A stretch of 64,000 bases of DNA from IMG/VR virus record IMGVR_UViG_3300043395_000996, positions 64,001 to 128,000 of that record, one strand, 5' to 3'. Source of the DNA: a virus. How positions within the stretch are numbered: position 1 is the stretch's first letter; each line of letters starts with the position of its first letter. This document shows positions 26,484-34,888 of the stretch, piece after piece. A program made the position numbers and the translations under genes. The notes beneath the pieces are model-generated. The model made no database searches, was not told the origin of the DNA, and saw nothing but the letters and a program-made list of their open reading frames with translations.

Positions 26484-29303
26484 TTATTGGAATCTGGAAA
26501 CTCCGTAATTTCTACGAGCTTGATTCAGTAAAGAAGTTTGTAGGACTTTACCATTTATATTGATATCGGATTCGGTTGCCGTATTTGTACTAATTTGTTG
26601 TAAAAATTGAGCATTTACTCCTAACATAGCAACAATCTCTTGTTGTAATTTAGTATTATATTGAGCTTCTGTTAATGCTATTTTTGCTTTTTCAACTGCC
26701 GCTTGCTGTGCAGCTGCCTGTTTTTGTCCATTTGCATTAATAGCATCTACTGTTGGTTTAGTTCCTTTTTCAACAGGTTTAGCTGCTGCTGCCGCTGATG
26801 CAGGAGTTGCTCCTCCAAATGCACCCATATCTCTAGCAGCAATTCCAGCATCGATTGCCATTGATGATGCAGTTCCAACCCCCGGTGCAACTAAATCCAA
26901 TAAACCTGCTCCAGCTGATAAAGTTTCTAATCCGGCTCCAGCCCAATCACCACTCATCGCTCTATCTATTGCAAATCCCATACCAAGAACAGAACCCAAT
27001 ATAGGAATTCTTTTTGCTAAACTCTTACCAAATGTTTTAGTAGCTACTTTAGCTACACTTTTTTCTGCAATCTTTGCAGTTGTTTTTTCAACAGCTTTGG
27101 CAGTTGTTTTTTCTGCAACTTTAGTAGTTGTTTTTGTAGCAGTTTTTGCTGCGGCTTTTTCAGTTGTTTTTGCTACGGCTTTTTCAGTTGTCTTTGTTGC
27201 TACTTTTTCAGTTACTTTTGGAGCTACTTTTTCTCCACTTTTAAATACATTTTTTAATAAACTACCACCTTTATTCATTAAGAATGTGGTAACAACTGCG
27301 GCAATGGTTGATATTAATGCGGTTGTCAACATTGTTTCTGCATTTTTTAAGAAACTTTGTTGGTCTCTTTCATTCATTTTATCAGCCAATTTACCTACAT
27401 TGTTGATAATGGCATCTTGTCTTTGCATTTCTGCTGCCGCATTTAATCCTATACGTTTTAATTCAGTAGCTGCTTGAATTTGTGCATTTGCTGCTGCTAA
27501 TCCTGCTTCAGCCGATTGTTTAGCTGCTAAGTATGTCTTATTACCACTTTCAACACTTTTTCCAGTCAATTCACCTCCAGTAGTTCCATTTCTTTGAGTT
27601 ATTTTTTGAATATCATTTAAATCCATTCCACCCAACGCAGATGATAATTGTTGCTGTTGGAACATATTCATTTTAGCAGGGTCTAAACCTTGTGCTTGTA
27701 ATGCTTTCATTGCTCCTTCGCTATCACCACTCATAAATTTGGTTCTAACTTCGGAAAGATTTACACTTTTACCAAGCATCGCTGATAAACTCATTTCGGC
27801 TTTGATACTATCTTTATAGTTCAAAACCATATTTTGCCCAGCTTTAGCTACTGCATTAAAACTTACACCCAATGATTTAGCGTAAATTACTTGCTTTGCT
27901 AATTGGCTAGTACTTTTTATTTGATAACTTATTGCATCTTTAGATGCTTCGGCAATTTCAGTCATTGCTCCTGCTAAATTTACACCTGCTTTAGAAGCCA
28001 TACTTCTAACACCTTCTTGTAAATTTAATGCAGTTGATTCGGATACCTTATCTAATCTTTGAAAAACATCATTTATAGATGCAATACTTTCAGTAGATTG
28101 CCCTGTTCTATCAGCAATTATTGCCATATCAGCCGCAACCTTACCACTTGGCATTTTACCAGTTGCATCAGCGGCATCTTGCATCGCTTGTGCTATCTTA
28201 TCTGCGCTAATTCCTGCCAATTGCAATTGAGCCGCACCATATCCAACACTACCTAATTTATTACCAAATAATGCCGTTTTAGATGCCGCCTCAAACGAAG
28301 CTCCCATTTGTTGTACAGAAGCACTGAAATCAAGCATTGCTTCTTCCATAACAAAATTACGACCTCCAAACATACCCATATCAACTTGTTTGTTGATAGT
28401 ATCTATTTCACCCGTTAATTTTGCTATTTTTTTATCATATCCAGCAATAGTTCCTAACTTATTTCCTATCAATCCATAGTTGTAAGCCATTCCAGCTAAT
28501 ACACCGGCTAGTGCACCCAATGCTAATGACAATCCCTTACCACCATTAGTTGCGGTTTTCATTACATCTCCCAATTCTCTCATACCCTCAACACCGCTAC
28601 CAGCTATCCCATCAATTGAACGTTGAAGTCCTCCAAATGCTTCAGCTGAAGCTTTTCCAAAAGATTTAACTTCGGCATCCATATTTTTCAATTGTTGCCC
28701 AAATGCTTCTTCTGCTTCGGTTGATAATTCTATTTCTGAACGTATTTCGGCGTAAGTATCTCTTGCTTTTTTAATTTCAGCATGATACTCTTCAGTTGTA
28801 ATGTTTCCTCTTACTCTTAATCGATTTGCTTCAATAATTGAAGCTTGATTTTGTTTATAAGCTTTTTGTATTCTTTGAATAGATTTGTAATCCGAATCAT
28901 TTATTTTTCCATTTTTCGTAATTACTTTCGAAATACTATCTAATACAATTTTTGTTTTTTCTAATCTTTCAGATTGAAGTTTATAAGCTTTTGTATTTTT
29001 ACCAATTGTATTGCCAATACTAATTAAATTAGTATCCATTTCTTGGTAATCGCTTAATTCGGCTTTATTCGATTTTTCTCTTTCTTTTTGAACTTTTAAA
29101 AGAGTATCATAATTTTTTTTACTCTTTGCTAACGCTTTGTTTTCAGCTTCCAATGCCTCAATTCTATCAAATTGAGCTTGAGTTATTTTTTCTTCTAATT
29201 TATAAAGTTTTTCGGCTTCTTTTTGATTACGCACATATGCTTGAGCTTCAGATTCTAAAGCAATTATTCTAGCGTTTATATTATCTGCACTTGATTTAGC
29301 CAT
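26484..29303 (-). CDS. Tape measure protein
   Basis: 939 aa, Ala/Lys/Gln-rich and helical, with membrane-like GG/AA segments, downstream of the tail chaperone. Confidence 0.8.
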   Translation of the reverse strand: MAKSSADNINARIIALESEAQAYVRNQKEAEKLYKLEEKITQAQFDRIEALEAENKALAKSKKNYDTLLKVQKEREKSNKAELSDYQEMDTNLISIGNTIGKNTKAYKLQSERLEKTKIVLDSISKVITKNGKINDSDYKSIQRIQKAYKQNQASIIEANRLRVRGNITTEEYHAEIKKARDTYAEIRSEIELSTEAEEAFGQQLKNMDAEVKSFGKASAEAFGGLQRSIDGIAGSGVEGMRELGDVMKTATNGGKGLSLALGALAGVLAGMAYNYGLIGNKLGTIAGYDKKIAKLTGEIDTINKQVDMGMFGGRNFVMEEAMLDFSASVQQMGASFEAASKTALFGNKLGSVGYGAAQLQLAGISADKIAQAMQDAADATGKMPSGKVAADMAIIADRTGQSTESIASINDVFQRLDKVSESTALNLQEGVRSMASKAGVNLAGAMTEIAEASKDAISYQIKSTSQLAKQVIYAKSLGVSFNAVAKAGQNMVLNYKDSIKAEMSLSAMLGKSVNLSEVRTKFMSGDSEGAMKALQAQGLDPAKMNMFQQQQLSSALGGMDLNDIQKITQRNGTTGGELTGKSVESGNKTYLAAKQSAEAGLAAANAQIQAATELKRIGLNAAAEMQRQDAIINNVGKLADKMNERDQQSFLKNAETMLTTALISTIAAVVTTFLMNKGGSLLKNVFKSGEKVAPKVTEKVATKTTEKAVAKTTEKAAAKTATKTTTKVAEKTTAKAVEKTTAKIAEKSVAKVATKTFGKSLAKRIPILGSVLGMGFAIDRAMSGDWAGAGLETLSAGAGLLDLVAPGVGTASSMAIDAGIAARDMGAFGGATPASAAAAAKPVEKGTKPTVDAINANGQKQAAAQQAAVEKAKIALTEAQYNTKLQQEIVAMLGVNAQFLQQISTNTATESDININGKVLQTSLLNQARRNYGVSRFQ

Positions 29304-29317
29304 TCAGACTGAAAGAA

Positions 29318-29575
29318 TTAATAATTATGATATTTCTTCAATAACGAATCTATTTCCGATGTACTCATATTAGATTTTTTTAATAAATCCCTAGTACTTA
29401 ATAATAGTTTTTCACTATCTGATTGCCAAGCTTTATATGCTTTATCAAATGCAGGATTATTAGTTGCATCTAATGCACTTTCTAAATCAGCATCTTGTCC
29501 CTTTGCTTTTTTATCATAAAACAAAGATAACAATTTTGCTAAAACATTTACTTCAACTAATAATTTTTTTGCCAT
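29318..29575 (-). CDS. Hypothetical protein
   Basis: 85 aa ORF with a late motif upstream. Confidence 0.65.
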   Translation of the reverse strand: MAKKLLVEVNVLAKLLSLFYDKKAKGQDADLESALDATNNPAFDKAYKAWQSDSEKLLLSTRDLLKKSNMSTSEIDSLLKKYHNY

Positions 29576-29610
29576 TATTTATAGATTGTTGTTATATTTT
29601 ATTATAAATA

Positions 29611-29829
29611 TTACTTTCTTTTAGTTTTGGATGAATTGTTAGATTTTGATGTTACTTTTTCCATTTCAGATTTTTCTTCTTCTTTAGCTTTAAGTAATTC
29701 TCTCCAATAGAATTCTCTTAATTTTATAGGCATAAAGTATAAATCATGCCAATTAAATCCACCATTGGCATAATATATCATTTGAAAAATCTTTTGATGT
29801 AAAACTACAGAGTGATTACTCGCCAGGGT
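29611..29829 (-). CDS. Tail assembly chaperone frameshift extension (T part of G/GT), missing from the ORF track
   Basis: The +1/-2 frame after the T7 run reads TLASNHSVVLHQKIFQMIYYANGGFNWHDLYFMPIKLREFYWRELLKAKEEEKSEMEKVTSKSNNSSKTKRK*. An internal ATG lies at 29781. Confidence 0.7.
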   Translation of the reverse strand, partial: TLASNHSVVLHQKIFQMIYYANGGFNWHDLYFMPIKLREFYWRELLKAKEEEKSEMEKVTSKSNNSSKTKRK

Positions 29830-30634
29830 AAAAAAAGTCTACCCCAAATGGGATACGAAGAGCCTCCTTCTCTCCGGTGAATGGCGATTCGTAATCAAAT
29901 TTTAAATCCAAATCAGGTGTAACTTCGGCTATTGCTTTTCTTAATCCTTTAGAATCCCCTGCTAATAATCTATTAGATACAAAATTACTGATAAATCCTA
30001 AATCTCTATTTCCATCAACTTCAACAATAATTCTTCTATATCTTGTTGTTATTTCATTTGATTGTTTTAGAGTTTTTTCATAAGCTTCTATATCTTTATT
30101 AATAGCTAATTCATCTCCGTGTGTAAGTAATTTAAATTTGATTGGAGTTTTAGAAATCGGTAATATGAATTCATATTCATTTTTTCTATTTAATTTAGAA
30201 TAATCGATTTCTTTTATTTTTATTTGAGCTAAATCAATCGTAACAGGCACAGGTTCATTTTCAACCGGGTCATTTACAGTTACCTCATATTCAGGTCCAA
30301 ATGCTAGAACTCTTGATGATACCAAAACAGCGTTTTTATCTCCAATCAATAAATCTTCTGGTTTTACTCCCTTTTCAATAATGATTGATTCCAATAATTT
30401 ATCAATATGAATTCCTTTACGAATTAAGTTTGTAGAAGTAAGAATATCTTCTTCTTTTGCTGTCATCAATTTAATTGTAATTTCTCCTTTTGCTAAAGGA
30501 TGTCCTTCTGGATAACATAATCCTTTCGATGGTAATGATATAACCTCTGTTGGAAATGGATATGATGTTTCTTGTTGAAATTGTGGTTGTGTACCCAATC
30601 CTCTTGTAACGTTTTGCTCTAAATTTTGTTCCAT
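29816..30634 (-). CDS. Tail assembly chaperone (G-like)
   Basis: ISLPSKG..YP...MTAKEEDILT...DLLIGDKNA; lies between tube and tape measure; ends in GAC TTT TTT TAC (slippery run). Confidence 0.7.
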   Translation of the reverse strand: MEQNLEQNVTRGLGTQPQFQQETSYPFPTEVISLPSKGLCYPEGHPLAKGEITIKLMTAKEEDILTSTNLIRKGIHIDKLLESIIIEKGVKPEDLLIGDKNAVLVSSRVLAFGPEYEVTVNDPVENEPVPVTIDLAQIKIKEIDYSKLNRKNEYEFILPISKTPIKFKLLTHGDELAINKDIEAYEKTLKQSNEITTRYRRIIVEVDGNRDLGFISNFVSNRLLAGDSKGLRKAIAEVTPDLDLKFDYESPFTGEKEALRIPFGVDFFYPGE

Positions 30635-30673
30635 AATTATAACTTAATGTTTATATATAAGTATATATAAAAT

Positions 30674-30705
30674 AAAAAAGTGGTAAGGATTTCCCTCACC
30701 ACTTT
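30674..30705 (-). terminator. Rho-independent terminator closing the small-gene island
   Basis: Sense AAAGTGGTGAGG-GAAAT-CCTTACCACTTT followed by a T-run. Confidence 0.85.
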
Positions 30706-30732
30706 ATATATCAATTAACAAAATGAAAAATT

Positions 30733-31059
30733 TTAATACCAATCTTTTGATTCGTAATAGTCTACATTCGCATATACTTTAATGATTTTATCACCATTTT
30801 TATGTGCACTATTTAAATATTCAAAATATTCCTCCTCACTATGTGCAGGGAAATCAATATGCCACCCCTCATTAGTAACCACTTCAATACGGACATTTTT
30901 ATATGCCTCAATATAGCCACTCACTTTCGCTGAACGATATTCATCCGTTTTTTTAAATGTAAACTCAAACGAAGATAATTCATTCATTTCTCCAATAACT
31001 TCTGCTTCCATTTCCAAACGGTCAGCAAGAACTTCAACATCATAAGAATCGTATAACAT
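30733..31059 (-). CDS. Acidic hypothetical protein (early island)
   Basis: 108 aa coding-strand ORF. Confidence 0.65.
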   Translation of the reverse strand: MLYDSYDVEVLADRLEMEAEVIGEMNELSSFEFTFKKTDEYRSAKVSGYIEAYKNVRIEVVTNEGWHIDFPAHSEEEYFEYLNSAHKNGDKIIKVYANVDYYESKDWY

Positions 31060-31077
31060 AATTTTAGATTTTAAGGA

Positions 31078-31344
31078 TTAATATTCAATTAACGAAACCG
31101 GTACGTTGTAAGAAGCGAACCCGCCAACCACACGCAGATTAGCTTTGGTTCGATTAATTTTAGTAACCTCCAACTCTCTACCTCGTAGTTTAGGATGATT
31201 GACCTTTACTTTCATACCTATACTTAAACCTACTTTCTTTTGAAGTGATTCAATGGTACGTTTTTGTTTAATTAAATCAACTACCAATGAGTTGATATTG
31301 CGTAATTCTTCAACCGATAACTTTGATAATTCTGAATAGTTCAT
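31078..31344 (-). CDS. Hypothetical protein, possible SH3/KOW-like C-terminus (early island)
   Basis: LSIGMKVKV...GRELEVTKINRTKANL...YNVPVSLI beta-barrel pattern. Confidence 0.6.
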   Translation of the reverse strand: MNYSELSKLSVEELRNINSLVVDLIKQKRTIESLQKKVGLSIGMKVKVNHPKLRGRELEVTKINRTKANLRVVGGFASYNVPVSLIEY

Positions 31345-31370
31345 GTCTTTTATATTTTAAGTTTTAAATT

Positions 31371-31598
31371 TTAATAATCATACTCCATATCTAACTGGCG
31401 TTGAAACAACTCAGCCTTTGCCAGGTCGTATTTCACCATACTAATCAAATCCTTCTCCCACATCTGAATATTCAACTCCCACGCACTAATTCCCAAATGG
31501 AGAGCTCTACTCTCTATGAAGTTACAATACTCATTAACACTCATACCACGCACATCAATTAGTTCCATATTTTTATTTGTTTTAACTCTCACTCTCAA
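31371..31598 (-). CDS. Hypothetical protein (probable start ATG at 31568)
   Basis: Coding-strand ORF immediately after its own promoter. Confidence 0.6.
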   Translation of the reverse strand: MRVRVKTNKNMELIDVRGMSVNEYCNFIESRALHLGISAWELNIQMWEKDLISMVKYDLAKAELFQRQLDMEYDY

Positions 31599-31605
31599 TT
31601 ACCTT

Positions 31606-31636
31606 ACAATATACAAAAAATATCAATTCAAGTCAA
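31606..31636 (-). promoter_or_regulatory. Variant early promoter, TTG-N20-TATATTGT (also reads as TTGACT-N17-TATATT)
   Basis: acaatata at 31606-31613 and caa at 31634-31636. Confidence 0.6.
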
Positions 31637-31655
31637 GCTTTTTTTGAATTATTTT

Positions 31656-31925
31656 TTAATTTTCTTTGGCGGCTTCAGCCCATTCCTCATTAACCATTCC
31701 CCAATAGTTTTTGTTTAAGTAGATAATATCGTATCCACTATCGTTTCTTTCTACGGTCACAATTCCTTTCTTAACCAAAGAACCCAATGCACCTCTGATA
31801 GATTTTGTTGGGATGCCAGTACATTCACTCAAATCATTTACATCCACATCAGAAAAGCCCGGTTCAGCGTATAAACAACTAATGAAAGTACTCAATGTTT
31901 TTTCTTCTAACCATGTGATATTCAT
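31656..31925 (-). CDS. Winged helix-turn-helix protein (early island)
   Basis: DVNDLSECTGIPTKSIRGALGSLVKKGIV followed by a beta-hairpin wing. Confidence 0.7.
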   Translation of the reverse strand: MNITWLEEKTLSTFISCLYAEPGFSDVDVNDLSECTGIPTKSIRGALGSLVKKGIVTVERNDSGYDIIYLNKNYWGMVNEEWAEAAKEN

Positions 31926-31962
31926 AACTCTATTTGTTTTATGTTTAACTCTTATTACATAG

Positions 31963-31993
31963 TAAAGGTAAGTAATTTTGCTATAAAAGTCAA
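31963..31993 (-). promoter_or_regulatory. Variant early promoter, TTG-N20-TACCTTTA
   Basis: taaaggta at 31963-31970 and caa at 31991-31993; TTGACT as in the 31606 promoter. Confidence 0.6.
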
Positions 31994-32042
31994 GTCTTTT
32001 TTAAAATATTTTTAAAATTTAGAATGATTCTAAATAAGACAT

Positions 32043-32074
32043 AAAAAAAGAGGGTAGAAAATCTACCCCCCTTT
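32043..32074 (-). terminator. Rho-independent terminator after the tail tube gene
   Basis: Sense AAAGGGGGGTAGA-TTT-TCTACCCTCTTT followed by a T-run. Confidence 0.85.
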
Positions 32075-32116
32075 AATTATTCACCACTTACTTTATTAAA
32101 ATTTACTATTCAAATT

Positions 32117-32605
32117 TTAGTATTCTAAAATTGCGTAGTCATAGCTTAAAGTTAATTCTATTGATAATGGGTCATTTGAACTCCAATCTAATTCACCAAA
32201 GTTTGCTGACGTAATAAATGCACCTTTCAAAGTCCATTGTTCTACTTTATCACCAACCGGTCCTAATAAGTAGAAAGTGATATCTTTCTTATAGAAAGCT
32301 GCGTATCCATCTCTACCTGTTAGGGATTCATGTGATTGTCTAATCCATTCCATAACTTGCTGTGCACCTGATGGTACAATTGGGTCATAAAGAGTGATAT
32401 TAATATCATCCCAAGTTGATTTACCTTTAATTTTTCTTTGTACGTTTATATGGTCTAATACTACCGGCTCTGATGTGTAAGTCGGTCTACTAGCCGTTTT
32501 AATCATATATGATTCTATACCGTTGATTTCCATAATGAATCTATTCCCTAACTTTGGTTCAAAGTTCTGGTAGAACATTTTATCAAATTCTAATACTTCT
32601 GGCAT
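32117..32605 (-). CDS. Tail tube protein (T4 gp19-like)
   Basis: NRF...TWDDINITLYDPI...WI...YKKDI...QWTLKGAFI...LTLSYDYA. Confidence 0.9.
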   Translation of the reverse strand: MPEVLEFDKMFYQNFEPKLGNRFIMEINGIESYMIKTASRPTYTSEPVVLDHINVQRKIKGKSTWDDINITLYDPIVPSGAQQVMEWIRQSHESLTGRDGYAAFYKKDITFYLLGPVGDKVEQWTLKGAFITSANFGELDWSSNDPLSIELTLSYDYAILEY

Positions 32606-32651
32606 CTTATTTTATATTTAAGTTGTTTTATATAAATATCTATTTTTCAAA

Positions 32652-34817
32652 TTATCCGTTAAATGCCGCACCAGTTGGTAAGATGTTGAAATCAATTTGT
32701 AAGAATTCAGCTGTCTTTGTTGGTTGTAAGTAGATAGCTCCTTTCATAATGTTTCTATCGATTACATCTGGTGTGTTATTTGTTTCATCCATTACTACTC
32801 TGAAAGCGTATAAACCTTGTCTTTGTTGGATTGCCTCTAAATAAGGGTTTACAATGTTTAAGAATCTATTTCTAGTAGTAGATGTATTTTGTTCAAATAC
32901 CAAATACTTTGAAGTTGAAGCGATATACTTTCTAACAGTCAATAATAATCTTCTTACGTTGATTCTATCTAATGCTGAAGGTTTATCTTGTAAAGTTTTT
33001 TGTCCCCATACCACAATACCTTGTCCAGGGAATTGGCAAATTGGGTTTACTTTACCTTCGTATAAATCATCTCTTTCAGATTGAGTTAATCTATTCAATA
33101 CTGAAACTGCTCCGATTAATCCACCTCTATTTAAACCGGCTGGTGCGAACCATTCTGCTGCTACTCTATCATTTGCTGCGAATACGCCAGGCAATAATAC
33201 TGATGGTGGTACAGTGATTAATTTATTTGTGTTTACATCGATTGTTTTAACCCAAGGATAGTAAACTGCTGCGTAGTTAGTATCTACTGATTCTGCTTGT
33301 GTTATAGTTGCTGATAATGATGTATTTGAATTTCCAGCATCAGCGATAAAGAATGCGTCTGCTCTTTGTTCTACCATATCAACAATTGAACTCCAAACTG
33401 AACTATGGTCAGCTTTATTAACACCCGGTGCTACTACCATATTGATATCCCACTCGTCTGCGTTTGATAAAGCGTTAATGTGTTTCATATATGCTACCGA
33501 ACCACTTGCACTTACAGTTGATAAATCAAAACCTTGTGTGTTTCCTGGTGCAATATCAGCTCCTTTGTAAATTGGAGTTAATGGAGATAAACCATCAAAA
33601 CCTTCTTGGAATGCTACAACGAATTGTGCAGATGTTGAACCTACTGATAAAGAACCTCCGTTTGATGCATCTAATCCAAATGCTACATTAGCGCCTGAAG
33701 TTGCTCCGTTAGGAATTGCTTTTAAGTAGTTTTTGTTATCAGTATTACCATCTAAATCAATACCACCATATACAGTTGCTGATGCGCTTACGAATGTTAC
33801 TGCTGGAATCAATGCTGAATTAGCAATTGATGCAGATACTGGCAATTTGTAAGCTCCGTGTCCGAATGGAACTGCTTGTACCGGTGCTACTTCGTTTAAA
33901 TTAGCGATTCTAATATATTTTGAGTTATTCACCCAATCACCGCTTTCAGTAATTTTACCCAAAGAATCGATTGATAATTTTCTATCACCGATTACTCTAC
34001 TAATAAAGTTAGGAGAATTAGGGTCTAAATTAACATTAGCGAATGTTTCTAATACGTTTTTCTTTTTATTTGTATCACCAAATGCTCTAACAACTAAAGT
34101 AAATGTACCATAATCAGTACCACTTACAGAACCAGCTGCTTTAATATTTGTAATACCAACTTTGATTTTTGTGTTTGCTACGTTACCTGCTCCAATTGTT
34201 TCAATTTGGAATAAGTCGTATCTTTCACCACTAATCAATTGAGATTGAATCATTGGTGTTAATGCTTCTTGTGCATCAAATCCAAAATCTTGTGCTCCCA
34301 ATACAACTACACTTTGTGTAACTGCTGTAACACCAGCGTTCTTAAAGTATCCATATGAATATGCATCTTTAGCGCCAAAAGGAGATGAACCATAAGTAGC
34401 TTCAACATCATCAAAACTTACTACGCTTGATGATAAATTGATATATGCATCTGAACCACTTAAACTATCTTCAGTAGTTGAGAATAAAACTCCAACAGAT
34501 GCTGATACTGAACCTGAATGAGCTACTAATAATAAAGGTGCTCCTGCTGTATATCCACCAACACCAGCTACTCTACAAATAGTTGCAGTTCCTGCTTCTC
34601 TTAAATAATTTTGAGCCGCTAATGGAGTATAATATGTTCCATCAGCTTTTCCGAATAATGTTTCTAATTCTGCTTGAGAATTAACAATTGTTGGCGTTAA
34701 TGGTCCTTCTAAAAAAGGTCCGATAAAAGCTGCACCAATCTCTGCAACACCTTGTTGTAAGAATGAAAGGTCATTTTCTTTTGTAAATACGCCTGGTGAT
34801 ACTATTTTCTCTGCCAT
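32652..34817 (-). CDS. Tail sheath protein (T4 gp18-like)
   Basis: VSPGVFTKEND...YYPWVK...PAGLNRG...WGQKTLQ...RINVRRLL...VFEQN...PTKTAEF. Confidence 0.95.
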   Translation of the reverse strand: MAEKIVSPGVFTKENDLSFLQQGVAEIGAAFIGPFLEGPLTPTIVNSQAELETLFGKADGTYYTPLAAQNYLREAGTATICRVAGVGGYTAGAPLLLVAHSGSVSASVGVLFSTTEDSLSGSDAYINLSSSVVSFDDVEATYGSSPFGAKDAYSYGYFKNAGVTAVTQSVVVLGAQDFGFDAQEALTPMIQSQLISGERYDLFQIETIGAGNVANTKIKVGITNIKAAGSVSGTDYGTFTLVVRAFGDTNKKKNVLETFANVNLDPNSPNFISRVIGDRKLSIDSLGKITESGDWVNNSKYIRIANLNEVAPVQAVPFGHGAYKLPVSASIANSALIPAVTFVSASATVYGGIDLDGNTDNKNYLKAIPNGATSGANVAFGLDASNGGSLSVGSTSAQFVVAFQEGFDGLSPLTPIYKGADIAPGNTQGFDLSTVSASGSVAYMKHINALSNADEWDINMVVAPGVNKADHSSVWSSIVDMVEQRADAFFIADAGNSNTSLSATITQAESVDTNYAAVYYPWVKTIDVNTNKLITVPPSVLLPGVFAANDRVAAEWFAPAGLNRGGLIGAVSVLNRLTQSERDDLYEGKVNPICQFPGQGIVVWGQKTLQDKPSALDRINVRRLLLTVRKYIASTSKYLVFEQNTSTTRNRFLNIVNPYLEAIQQRQGLYAFRVVMDETNNTPDVIDRNIMKGAIYLQPTKTAEFLQIDFNILPTGAAFNG

Positions 34818-34888
34818 TGTGTAATTTTAATTATTTTATCTATTAAATTCTTCCTATAAATATAAATTTTTATTTCAAAACAACATTA

